Assembly (NCBI RefSeq): GCF_000143415.4
Contig: NW_003314274.1
Location: 1,243,395 to 1,307,394 of the forward strand
Direction: 5' to 3'
Origin: Selaginella moellendorffii
Taxonomy: Eukaryota; Plantae; Lycopodiophyta
DNA: 64,000 nt
The notes beneath the pieces were generated by a model. It worked only from the letters and a program-made list of their open reading frames with translations. It was not told the DNA's origin and made no database searches. Below, piece by piece: positions 35,913 through 48,399 of this stretch. The translations under genes were made by a program, and so were the position numbers. Positions within the stretch are counted from its first letter, which is position 1; the number at the start of each line of letters is the position of its first letter.

Positions 35913-38900
35913 CTCCCAGCAATCCGCCTCTATCCTTCGCTAGAACTGAGGAGAAGGCTCCGATACCAAATTGTAAGCCACAAATTTTTCCTTTCCAATT
36001 TGCCAGCTTACCTCGCCTATCCGACCAACTCCGCCTTGGCTTGTGCTAAGTTCCCTCGCCAAGGTTCTCGCCTTTGGTGCCAGCTCCTACTTGGTTTCAA
36101 CTACTTACTGCACGAGCAACGGAGTGTTAGCCATCCATCTACGGATTCCCAAATCTCTCCCAATCCCCCTCCCCGGGTTAGACTGGACTTAAGGTTCGGC
36201 TACACTCCCCGCAGGCACAAGCAGCCAAGCACACCAAGCCTCCAGATTCCTAACACCCCAAGGTATCACAAGGCTTGATCATGGGACCCTCTAAATCCCA
36301 AGCCTTGGGTGCAGCACTTGCTTCGGGACGTCGGGGCGAAACACCGTGGCCTAACGGCCCGGTATGGGTACCTCTACCCCCCCTCTTCCATCCCGAAGGA
36401 AAGGCCCAAGCCCCCGGAAGGGCGAGGACCAATGAGCCACAAGGTACTCAAGTGGGGCACCACTCCACCTGAGCCGGGAGCACCGCAATCGGTTTCCCTT
36501 TCGGGAGTGGGAGCTGCTCTTGAGCACTTCCTTGGATGGCCCCTCCGGCACCAGCCAAGTCCATGCTCACTCCCACCCAAGGCCCCTCGGTCCCAGTCCC
36601 AACCTCAAGTCGGTTTGGAAGCCCAACTGGAGAGTCCCTTCTAAACTGGTTCCTGGACCTCACTATCCCTACTATACTTTTGGAACCCCCTGCAGCCCCC
36701 CCCCCCTGGGAGACGCACGCTTTGGGCTTTCACCCCTTGACCCGTATTAGTATTTGGACTTAGTCTCTGGCTCGATCTCGGACCCGATTTCGGATCCGAC
36801 TTCGGATTCGGGTTCGGACTCGATCACGGACTCGATCTCGGACCCGATCTCGGACCCGACCTCGGACTCGACCTCGGACTCGGTCTCGGACCCGATTTCG
36901 GATCCGGACTCCGTCTCGAACTCGGTCTCGAACTCGGACTCGAACTCGGTCCCCGAGTCGGTCTCGGATTCGATTCCGGACTCTATCTCGAACTCGGTCC
37001 TAGAGTCGGTCTTGGACTTGATCCTCGACTTGGTCCCATCCGATGAACTCTTTGTCACTTCGGTCAAGCTTTTGGGGATCCTTTAGCCTACGACATCTCG
37101 GGGAGTCGGTTCCTTACATTGAGATTCTGCTTTGTTTGGATGAGGCTGTGCATTCACCGGGCGACCAGCCTCGTCGGAATGGCATGAGGCCTCACGTGAT
37201 AACCCTACCATCTGACGGCCAACATATTCACTGGGATGGCATGGGGCCCCACGCGATACTGCAAGCCTTTGCTCCTCCTCCAGCTGAACCCTGTATGGGG
37301 TTTGATCGACAAGGGCCTTATGCAAGGGTTGGCCGTTCAGCTCAGTCTGCGCACTTTGCAGAGACCTTAAGTGTTTTGCTAGGGATGCAATCATCATGTT
37401 TGCACCCCTGCCACCCCATAGAGGTACAAAGAAGTTCCCATAGTTCTGGGCACCATGCCCATGAGCGATTATGCCAAATAGAGACACAGGCAGCTGCATG
37501 GATGAAGAGATTGCCTTGGGGGCAGGATTGAGTCGAGGTAAGCACGTCTTTTTCTGGTCCATTTTGTCGTGGATGATGCAGAGGTAAGAGTCAGGTCTCT
37601 CCATGGAGAGAATCCTATTATGATAATATGCAGTCCTGCAGCTTCTCTGCTTGATGTTGTGGTCGAGCCGCCTTCTAACCAACGTCTCTCGCTCTTGAGC
37701 GCTGCAAGAATTCTTCGACAAAGCCATTTTGATAGCAGTGCACTCGTCACACTTTGAAAAGCTAGAGTACTTTCCTATACTCACATCCCTGAACCTGTTG
37801 CTCCACAATCTACTAAATCTAGATTGGCTCAGCTTCCTGTAGCCATTACTCTGGAGTTCCCGATTCACATCTTCCAATATGGCCCCCTTGGTATACATGG
37901 AAGGGAGAACTCGTTGGGTGTCTCGTGTTCCATCTTCCAAGAGGCGGGTTTTATGTGGTTGCTGCTCGCTACATGTCTTGACAAACCTCTTGAAAACTGC
38001 CTCTCCATATACAACATGACCCCTGGTTTTGTGCGTACTGTCGTTCCCATGGACTGCCTATTGAACCCTTTGTTCCTCGAACTCAGTTTTGATTCTGTAG
38101 AATGTGGTTCGAGGGACTCCATAAATGATTCTCCATGCCTTCATGCAGACCAAACCCCTCTGGAAGACCATGCCCCCCACCTGATGTTCTAAAGCATCAA
38201 CAGATGACCGTAATGCTTCATACACAAAATTGTGAGCTGCCTTCCAGGACAATGTCTTGTATTTTGCTCTCTCCTCTTCAATAGCATCCCAATCAGCATG
38301 TTGACAGCACCTCTTGCAACAAGCAACTGTCGAGACCATTCGAACCTCCATCGCCATTTTCTGCCTTTTCGGTTCGTTGCTCAGATCCCTTTGGCTGCGC
38401 TGTAGGAAGGTGTACTTTCTTTTCCCATGAAGAGATGTTCTGTCATCAGTTGTAGTGGTGTTTGATTGTGAATCCTTCACATTCTCAAACACTAAATGCC
38501 TCAATTTCCACCGCACAATGCTTCCAATAGTCAGACTGTTTTCTTCTGTGTCAACAACCTCTAAAATCGCAACTCCAATATCATCCTAGCCCAATTCTTG
38601 ATTAGCAACTGCATCTCTTGGATCGACAACTGTGGCTAAGCCCTCAGCTACCACCTCCCCCTTGGGGTTGTTTAGAAACACCTTTGCCTGAATCCATGTA
38701 GCATGGATCTTAAGATCCACGGAGGGAACATGCGTCGCACTTGCGCTGTCCCCAACATCTGCTTTCTTCTGCAGATTTTTCAAGGCAACAACAACATTTA
38801 CCCCGACGACCATCTCTCCTCGTTCAATAGCGACCACATTCCCATCGAAGACAGTCTCTACTGATACAACAGCATTGCCTTCCCCAAGCCTTTGACAGTG

Positions 38901-40282
38901 TATAACAAAGTTCCGATCCATAGACACAAGGGTCCCTTTTGCAACTCTCTTCCCACCATTCAAAATGTAAACCTTTTCCCCAACCCTGAAGGCCATTCTG
39001 AAAGTGCAGAAAAGAAGTTAAGACCATACAAAAAATGATTGGAGAATGGCCTAAATCATAACATACCAAATAGCATGAGGCCACATGCCATTATTCAAAC
39101 ATGTTATTGACACCCACGTGAAATTTCGCATTCACAAAATTGGCATGAGGCCTCATGCCATCTTGATATACACACAGCTGCAGGCAAGTAAAAACATACA
39201 TGACAATACGCTAGCCATGAAATTGCAAGGGCCCAAGATGGCATGTGGCCTCATGCCATTTCTAAATGTGGTCCTAAACCATTCCATGGTGAACATACCA
39301 GGAAGCACAAGTGCCAAATATCAAGAGGAAGCGGTAGCCACACCAAAGACAGTGCTACTCGCAACACCGCAACTACTCGTAGCGCCGCTCGCAACACCGC
39401 AACTGCTCGTAGCGCCGCTCGCACAAACTGCCACTCGCATAAACTGCCGCTCACAATGGCACTCGCAATGCCGCAACCGCTTGTAGACGCATAAACCACA
39501 GCTCACAACGCCGCTTACACAAGCAGCACTCACTGCGCTCAGCGGAACCAAGAACACAGCGCACAAAAATGATAGACCTAGGAATGAGTTCGAGAATTCA
39601 AAAATAACACACGCTTCAACGTCACATCAAATCCTCTGACAAACCAGATCTTATGATTCCTCTGACAAATTTCAAACTGAGTAGCTTCTAGACTTTGCTG
39701 TCGGAGGTTGAACTTTGTCACATCATGTCCTTGCCTCGATCCAGCTGTGCCATGTCAGTGATTCGAACTTTGCCATGCCATGTCAGCGATCCGCGCCAAG
39801 ATTATTCGCCGTGTAAAGAAATAATTATGCTGTGTGTGTACGTCCATTTATGGCAATATAAGGCCACACGCCATTCAAAGAATAATGCTAGTCGAGCATT
39901 TTTTGGTGCATTTTTGGGTTCAAAATTGCATGAGCCCACACGCTATAAAGTTTACCTGTACCAAAAATAGAAACAGCTTTATTTACTTGGGAATTTAAGT
40001 GGTTGAGGCATTTTTAAACTTACAAACACATGCCCTACTTACATTCCTTTGGTTGCTTAAAATTCAAAAATATTATAAACCTTTCTTTTTGCATTTTCAA
40101 TGTTTTCAATTATGGTTTTTGATTTTCGCAGGACCAGCCTAGTAATCTATTTGCATCCCGTCATGTTTATAGCTAGCTTTCGTTTGTCCCCTTCGCTAGC
40201 CTGAGATACATCTGCTCGGCATCTGCCTCTTACAGCATTTGCCCAGAAAGGGCATCTTTCTTCACGCAGCATTTGCCACATG

Positions 40283-40307
40283 TTTAGGGTTAGGGTTTAG
40301 GGTTTAG
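40283..40307 (+). repeat. Interstitial plant telomere-like repeat / telo-box
   Basis: TTTAGGGTTAGGGTTTAGGGTTTAG. Confidence 0.8.
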
Positions 40308-41511
40308 CAATTCAGTAGCTTGATAAACATGCAAATACAAAACTTGATGCAAAATCCTTTGATATGTCACAATGCCCCTAGGACCATAAACACATTTCAA
40401 TAGAGAGGGTCCTTTCATTTCATAACTCCTTACGTAGATCTTGGTGAAACCAGAGTTAGTGAAGTTGGTTTCTTGTGATCCCGCATCTGATTGTGATGTC
40501 CCTTTGCAGTGTCGATGGAAAGGTCAATGCACACCAAACTGTAAAATCTTGGAGCAAAATAACTGTCGGATCTATGGCAAATGCCCCTGAAACATTGTAA
40601 GGCTCGTGTGGTTTCATGTGGTGTCCGATTGAGATGCTTCTTTGCAGGGTCATCAAGAAGGACATTGTATACCATTCTGTAAAATCTAGTTGCGATCTAA
40701 CGGTTGGATCTCCAGGAAACTCAAAACAATCTCGGGCGTGTCAGAATATTCTAGGAATATACTCCTATGTGCTCCTAAAAATGGCATGCGGCCCCACGCC
40801 ATTCAAGAGATAACGCCAGATGCCGCCGAGCATTTTTTGGTGCATTTTTTGGGATCAAAATTGCATGAGCCCACACGCTTGAACGTCACATCAAATCCTC
40901 TGACAATTTATTTAGCTGAACATCTGGCATTTTTGGAAATACAAGATGCTTTGGAATATCCAATCATGCATGGTATAAATATAGCGAGGGTATTAAATGA
41001 TATCCCAATCATGATCTTTCTTTTGGATTTCGCATGCATGCAGTCCGAGGAATGATGACGTTGCGGATTTCTTTTAGATTTCACGCATGCGCGTGGCGAT
41101 CCAGAAATTAATGGTGGCGCCCAAGTCCGAGGAATGATGATGTGGCGGGATTACCAACCGTCGTGACATTTCGCACGTGTGAGGTTAGGTTTTGCATTTT
41201 GCTTCGTACTCGCGCTCGCATCGCGCTCCCACTTCTCTACAGGTTTCTCGTGTGCATCGACGTCCACTCGCACTTGCATCACACTCGCGCTCGCATCGCG
41301 CTCGTATGCATCGGCGTCCACTTCAAGACACACCCAGTTTGTAACTTCGCCGCCAACTCCGCCACCCACACGCAGCCCACTTGGCGTCCCGGGAGATTTC
41401 AGCGCCACTCTCCAACTGTAAGTGGCAGAGTAGCCTTGCTGCTACGATCCGCTGCACACACAGTGCACATTCGCTAGCGAGTCCGGTTGTCACACCTCCA
41501 TTCGGCTTCAA

Positions 41512-44500
41512 ATGGTAAGTCTTTTAGGCCAAGTAGAAAATGGCATGAGGCCACATGCCATTCAGTAGCAACATTGGCATGCACCGATTGGGCTCTCGAG
41601 TGCAGTCAGGTTACAGATGGCGTGTAGCCTCACGCCATCTTAGGATGCAGCCTCAAGACATCTGATGCAGTGGTGAATGGCGTGTGGCCTCACGTTATTT
41701 CCAGCTGGTAGCTTTTCATCTGTCAGCTCTAATTGTTGTGCATTTCTGAACAGGCGAGGAATTGCGTTCTTCTTCCAGCCACTGTCAATATGGATGCAGA
41801 GAAGGGGGAGGAGCTCACCAGTTGGACTTTCGGGATGGAAAGCGAGGATCTGAGGCTGTACAACATAGATGGTGGGAGAAAAGAATGCATGGGGATCCTC
41901 ATCCAAGTGACAGACACTCCATGCAGTTCCATGCAAGAATATGGACTGGCACTTGTGGTAGAGACAGCGTCTGCCTTCAAGATCCACCTTGCACATCCTA
42001 GCGGCTTCCCGGAGGGGGGCAGCGGCTATGAGGAATTCCTAGAGGGAGCTAGGGAGAGGTTGTCCAGAAGGCCCACAATTTCAAAGACGCTGCAGGTCTA
42101 TGAAGATCACATGGAATCCACGGACCTCACCTACGGCGATGTTCAAAAACTATATTCCAACATTGAGCCGTTGAGAGTGCCTCTAGTTTGCGAAACGAAG
42201 GGGAAGGGGTTCGATCTGGAAACTACCCCGAAGCAGAAAAGGGTGGTCAAGCTCAAGCCGACGTCCGACTCTCCTCCAAAAAAGAAGCTACTCGGTGATG
42301 CCATTGCCTCGGGTTCGAACACTACACCCACCAAAAAGAAGAGCCACAAAGAGCAGAAAGAGCAAGAAGAGGCAGCAAAAATCGTCGCAGATAATAGTAC
42401 TTGTTACTATTCCAACAAAGTATATACAATCGACGTGAGCCATATCAACATCCAAAGCAAATACAACCACAGGCTAGTATCTGATGAGTGGGTGGAGAAA
42501 CTGAAGCAGAAGATGCTGGCAAGTCCAGTAACACCCGACATCGCAGATGTGATCCCCTACTACCGAACAATGAAGGGCAAGACGAGGTTTCCAGACTTGA
42601 TCAATAGGAAGGTGTTGGACGATCAGAACATCCGGTTCTATGCCGTCTCCGGGCAGCATTCTAGCTTGGCGATGCAAGAGATAGTTGTGGATATTATGGT
42701 GGGCGAGGAGATGAAGAAAGTCTTCAAGACAAGAGTTGTCCGCCTGATAAAAGGCAACTCGCCCCTCCGATCTATCATATACATCTCCCACGCGCAGAAT
42801 GTCAAGCAAGAAACGTGCTACAAATCGGGTCTGCACGAGACATTGGCACGAACACGGAAACTCTGGGTTCAACTGAAGAAGCCACAAAAACCAGGACAAG
42901 GACGTGCACTAGCAACTAGCGCCTGGCAGGTAAGCCTCGTTGCATGTGGCATAGCATGTGGCCTCACGCCATTTCCATTGCAGGAATTCTCGAGTCTTCT
43001 CTCGAAAACACTGGGGGTCAATGACACACTCAACATCCATAACATTCTACTCGCGACAAAAGTTGTTTTTGACAAATGGGTAGATGTGCTGAGGAGGTAC
43101 CATGACGGAGAGTTGCCAAACTCAATGGGTGTGGAGGACGGCCAGAAGCCCAATGATTTGAAGCTCAACGCCTTGCGTTTCTCGCGGTCTCTAGACGATG
43201 ACGACCTTCTGACAGTGGCTAATGCTCTTCTACGTGGTGAGGTAGTCTTCAACAAGACCAAAATGACTCCCGGCCATATTGTGACATACGAGGACTTGTG
43301 CACGACTCTGAGAGCTCGTGTGCTATTGAAGGATTGGATCTTCGAGCAAGTGGCCGTGGAGAGGGTGAGCATCGACACCACGCAAGAGATGATGGAAGCG
43401 CTGGATTTGTCAAATGAAGACATCGACGAGTACGTGAAGGGGGCCCCCAAGTTCATCAATCTGCTGCGGGATGCCACGAAAAGTAAAGCTGAGAAGTTGG
43501 ATCAGTATCCAAATTTCATTAAGAGTGATGTCGACCGCCGGCTTCAGAAACAGCTCGACCCCGCAGCAGAGGCCTATCGAGAACCTTACCGGGTATACTT
43601 GAATTCGGATGAGGATCAAAGGTGGAGGAGCATCGTTTCCCGCGGAGATGAGCAGGTCAAGAACATCTTTTGTGTGATGGACTTCACAAACGAGGAGATC
43701 ACTCATGCAGACGAAGTCAGCTCTATCATTAACTTAATGGTGGGACTTGCGGAGGTGGAATCTTCAGTCCACTATATGATCTACGACTCCGAATCCTATC
43801 ACAAGTTCTGGAAGGCCTTGAACGAGGTGAAGGCTCGGTTGAAAGGCAAGGAGATGCGGGAGATCCATGGGATAATGGCTAAGAAGAAGATACCGACGAA
43901 TGTCTGCATCTTCACACTCGCCCTTGTTATTGGTCCTGCAGCAGAGTGGGACTGGAGTGACTTCCCAGCTTCGTTCGACAAGGCCAATCGAATTGATCTG
44001 AGGGAGATCAATTTACCCGTGCCTGAGGAACTGAAGACGGCTATGGAGCTTTCGAATCCAAAGAAAGCTCCAGGTGCAGCATGGGAAATGCTCAGCTGGG
44101 TCTTCAACGCAATAGCGGGTGGGTCACCTGCTTCCGACTCCAAGGGCAAATGCGTTGTCGAGTACAACTGCGGCGGACTATTCTTTCGAGCCGCACTACT
44201 CAAGGGTGTCCCGTGTGTTGCGGTGACAAACTCCATTGAAGAGGTGACTTCAATGGAACATATAATTACAGTTGCCAAAGAAAAACAGTATCTTCTCTGC
44301 GAACCTGGTGAGTACGCACTTTAAGTTTAAATGTTATCTCACAAGCTCTGTATGTAGGAGCGTGGCCACCCCCAGATGCTGAAACGGCGTTAACAGCTAC
44401 TGTTGAAGATACCCATGTTGGGCCGAGCTCACAACCTGCACAAGGTAAGGTCACGTGAGGCCTCACGCCATTTTGATTATAGATCGTTGTGAATATTCAG

Positions 44501-47135
44501 ACACGAGGACTGAAAAGTGCACTGGTGGCCCGTCGAAGAAGGACAAACAGACAAGAAATAGGAAAAAAGGAGGTACAAATTATATTTGCAATGGCGTGTG
44601 GTCTCATGCCATTCCTTGCAGGAGACACTTCTTCAAAGGCAAAACAGGCAAGCACCAGCCAAGCTCAAACTGACAGTGGTCATAAAAAGCGAAAGCACGT
44701 TGGACAGTCGTCGGGATCAGAGGCATTTGATTCGAAAAGGAAGAAGGGCAACGAAAAGATGATAGGTAATGCCTCGCGGTTATGGCGTGTGTGCTCATGC
44801 CATTCATTGCAGATCAAGGGCTGAGTGAAAGCAGGCAGTCACCACCTCCTGACTCAGATTCCTATGGCGGACTCCCCTTCCCCAATCTCAATGGAGAGGT
44901 ACAATGGATGAGGGATGCTTTTCAAGTCAGGGCCACGTTTTTCTCATCTCGTCGTCTTCGAAGGGTGCAAGAACGTGCAGAAACCATGTTAAGACAGTCG
45001 GGTGAGGATACGGTCCTAGGTCACGCACTAAAACAGGCTATGGATGTCTTGTATTTTGAGATGGAGACTCGGCCAGATGATTTTCCCAAGATGGTCCTGG
45101 AAGAACAAGCCATCCAGCCTGAGCAGCCTATGGAAGAAATGCAGGAGGGGGATGAGGAGCCAGAGAAAGATAATGAGCAAGAAGAGCAGAAGGACGAAGA
45201 GGAGGACAAAGAAGAGGAGGACGAAGAAGAGGAGGATGAAGAGGACTTGGATGGTCCTCACAATGGTGACGATCACAATAACGACGACGACGATGATGAC
45301 GACAATGGCCAGCCTGAGGTGGCCAAAGAGCAGCGGAAGAAGGTCATACAAGACAAACCATCAGGTAAATAATAGTACATCCATTCCTAACCTTTTACCA
45401 TTTCTAACATTGTCCATGTAGGTCGTAGAGCAAATGGTAAGTAGAGATTATTCAGTTGAATTAAGATACAAACTTTAGCCTTTAGTGTCGAGGAAGGATA
45501 GCGCCAAGCAAGGGTCAAAACGTATGTCCAATCCTTCAGAATCAGCAGTGCGCCCAAGTGATATCGGTCCTAGTTCCTCAATAGCAGTTGATGGTAAATA
45601 CAGTATAGTCGATTCAATGTGCTAATGAGTTTGTTTTTAGTAGCACAGGAGGATACCATCTCAATCGAAGGGAGATATTTGGACATGCATATGGATCCGC
45701 CAGTGGACTCTACTTGCCTGCAAGAGTCATCAGAGCTGGTGGAGGCTACTATCCATATCAACGCCAAGCAAGCTGACCACGCTCCACTTGATGCTGCCCA
45801 TACCACTGAGTCAATCTTGTCCACGTATCCAACTGACGGTGACCATGCGCCATTAGACCCGCATGAGGCTGCCCCAGCCGCCGAGCCAGTCGTATCCTCA
45901 TTTCCAACGGACTCAACGTGTGCCCAATCGTCTGACTACGCGCCGTTGGAACCTCCCTACACCGCCCCTGCTGCCTGTTCGGTCATGTCCACTTTGCCAA
46001 CGGAGACACCAGCTGAAATGGCGTGTGATCACACGCCATCGGAACCACCCCATGCCACTGTTGAGCCAGTTGTACCAGAGTCTACAGCTGAAATGGCATG
46101 TGCCCACACGCCATCGGATGTGATTGACCCCATATTGCAGAGGAGAGTATTTCCACCCTTCACGTTTCCTCGACCAAAACCCTCTCAACGACCATCGGGA
46201 GCACCATTCGCTAATATTGTAGATGGTAAAATTGACTTGTACCATTTTTTATGCTGACGCATTTCATTTCAGAGTCACGGCGAAGGTACTGTATCATTTT
46301 TGATCTGAACGGTGTCCTTTTCTCCCATGAGCGTGGCTTGTCCTCGAATGTCATTGCACCCTCCAAAGCCTGCGGTCGCAAGTTGGTCAAAAGAGACAAA
46401 TTCACATTAATCACACGGGAGAAACTGCGGGATCTAATAATGACCATGCGACACTTAAAACAGAGGGCCGGGTTCAATTTGCAATTGGGAGTTTGGACAT
46501 CCATGATGCGCCACAATGCATTAACGTTGCTACAGATGATGCACAATCAGACGCGAGTAATATTACCATTTGACTTTCTCCTAACGCAAGAGGATTGCTT
46601 GACTATGGTCCATGTGAGGGGTAGCAAGCCCATCTTCGTCAAGCCAGAGGCTGTAGTGATGAACCGGACTGCTAGGTCAAGTGAAATCCTCATCATCGAT
46701 GACTCGCCGATTAAAACTGCAGCGAACACGCACACATATGCAGTGCACCCCATCTCTTGCAGTATGGAAACTAGGGAGAAAAAACCGTATGTTCTGGGGG
46801 ACCTTGCAAAACGGCTTGAAGCGATGGTGATAGAGAACCGGCCAGTCCAGGAGGTGGCTGCAGAAATCAACCAAATGGCAGATAGAACGGTATATCAGAA
46901 GCCATTTGATCGGACAAACACCAGTCATCATTTATGGCATGTATATTGTCTAGCCAAGCACTATCCGCATCTCCATAATCTGCTCAACCGGATGGGTTCT
47001 TCGACCACTGAACATGAGCGTGGACATATTAGAGAAGAGATGGCATTACTATTGGGTTTAAATCCTGATAGTGTGGAGAGTGATGAAATTCCAAGATTAT
47101 TGTATAGGCGTTGGAGGCAAAAAATAACAGTCTGA
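41512..47135 (+). CDS. Transposon accessory protein, ~1,650 aa, 11 predicted exons: ParB/Srx-like, degenerate N6/N4-methyltransferase-like fold, K-rich/acidic linker, FCP1/SCP (NIF) HAD phosphatase
   Basis: GT-AG introns 41515-41753, 42930-42983, 44308-44357, 44445-44482 (or -44500), 44573-44621, 44766-44812, 45365-45421, 45437-45485, 45594-45640 and 46226-46272 give one open frame. Motifs: FYAVSGQHS, GKCVVEYNCGG..AALLKG, IIFDLNGVL, VWTS, IFVK, IIDDSPIK. Confidence 0.8.
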
Positions 47136-47600
47136 GATGGCATGTATTTATTTAAAAATGTAACTTATTATGGCATGGGGTTCCATGCCATTGTATTAAT
47201 ATTAAAAGACAATTCTTTGAGAGGATTTGCATTATACTAGAAGTGTTATAGCATGTTATTGGAAGTCTACGAAGTTGTTTTATTAATAAGGGGAAAGTAA
47301 AGATTGAATGGGGACTTGGGCTCCACCTAGACTCGGAGCAACTGAGCCAATATTAAAAGGATGGAAAGAAATTGGACGATGATGACAAAGAGAAGAGAGA
47401 GGTGAAGCAGTGGCAGGGGGAGGAGAAGTGATTGAGTAGACATTTCCTTGTTTAAAATAAAATGGCATGTGCCTCAATGCAGTTGAATTTTGTTATATTT
47501 ATATACTATATAAAGGTTTGGAAACCTTATTTTACAAGTGGGATAATGACAATTCCCACTTTAACAAAATAGAGCTTAAAGGCATGAATTTACATGAAAG

Positions 47601-48370
47601 TGTAAGTAATCAAAAAGACAATTTAAATATAGAAAGAAAAGACTATAAATAAGAGTGCATCCTTTTTTTCAATCAATTAAAGGTCTTAAGATATTTAGGG
47701 TTAAGCATCCTTTAGGACGTCTAAACTCAAGAGTTTATAAGATTTTTTTAAGAAACTTAATATATATAATAAACTATATTATAAAACTCGAGTGAAAAAA
47801 AAAAAGATCAAGCACAAGTATATTTATAGATTACAAAAAATTTCTTATTTATTTTTATAAATTTTAATTAAAAAATACATGTAGCATTTCTAGTGGTGCT
47901 CTATTTAAAAAATGTTAGAAGTTTAGTAGAAAACTTCTTTATATACAATGTTGATTATGAAGATAGAAGAATTAAGGGATCCCTAGTGTAGTATTATAAA
48001 TTTAAATGCCTAAGTCATCCAGTGTGGTACATTTTGATGAAGAAACATCTATGAGTAATGACTAGATATGGTAAATAAACATCAACCTAGTCAAATGTCA
48101 TTACTCATTTATACCGTTTAAATGGCATCCTTCATTCTTCGATTTATAGAGATTGTAAGTTAATAGCCCAAACACATTGGGAATTGTCTTATAAACATTG
48201 TAAGTAATTAAAGATAACAAGTAAATGATTCATAGGGGTTCAAATATAAAAAAAAAGAGTTTATAAACAATTAATTAAGGATCTTGGGATACTTGAAGTT
48301 TAACATCCTTAAGTTTGACTAATATTGAGTTGAGTGACTTCTCATGAAGTTCAATTTTAGGATTTTATAG
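47601..48370 (+). mobile_element. Two further decayed Cassandra-like LTR remnants (~47601-47740 and ~48198-48370)
   Basis: TGTAAG starts, AAGAGTGCATCC, GGGTTAAGCATCC and a degenerate C-box region. Confidence 0.55.
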
Positions 48371-48399
48371 ACATGTTAAATAGAATTTTTAAATCTGAC

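Larger units (their letters stand above)
29590..37118 (-). mobile_element. Young full-length chromovirus (Ty3/Gypsy, probably Galadriel-like)
   Basis: 1147-bp LTRs at 29590-30736 and 35972-37118, TG..CA ends, TSD TTGAG, iMet PBS TGGTATCGGAGC (35957-35968), PPT ATGGGTGGTGGAGT (30737-30750). Confidence 0.97.
28390..38996 (-). pseudogene. DDD transposase (Sola1/DUF7869-like), ~1,020 aa when reconstructed
   Basis: Motifs KCDEC, IIHDKMDQ, LQTDNAGSENKN, FLMVGHTHEDVN. The ORF pieces join in frame across TAG stops at 38586 and 38058, across the LTR insertion (AESQ|GSSC), and after removing a 7-bp duplication at 28639-28652. Confidence 0.88.
28133..47483. repeat. Dispersed 22-bp palindrome ATGGCRTG-N6-CAYGCCAT, about 20 copies
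   Basis: Copies, some imperfect, start at 28133, 28222, 37179, 37236, 39070, 39140, 39238, 40781, 41540, 41617, 41677, 42951, 44450, 44591, 44782, 46018, 46093, 47170 and 47462. Weaker copies lie near 39850, 39925 and 40860. Two more are in the MITE (1458, 1632). Confidence 0.92.
27591..47577. mobile_element. TIR DNA transposon, Sola-like (~12.45 kb without the nested LTR element)
   Basis: 24-bp TIRs AAGCTCTATTTYGTTAAAGTGGGA (27591-27614 and 47554-47577, 1 mismatch) and a perfect 4-bp TSD AAAG. It encloses a DDD transposase. The superfamily is inferred from the TSD length and GHT motif. Confidence 0.88.

Noticed and set aside
32059-35943. Plus-strand ORFs antisense to pol, and minus-strand ORFs antisense to the accessory gene
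   Set aside because: Shadow ORFs of GC-rich coding sequence.
40430-40675. 81-aa ORF with NVLLDDPAK, faintly like the FCP1 DDSP motif
   Set aside because: Too short, with no other HAD motifs.
28133-47483. Palindromic repeats as a CRISPR array
   Set aside because: Spacing is irregular over 19 kb, the context is eukaryotic and intronic, and there are no cas genes.
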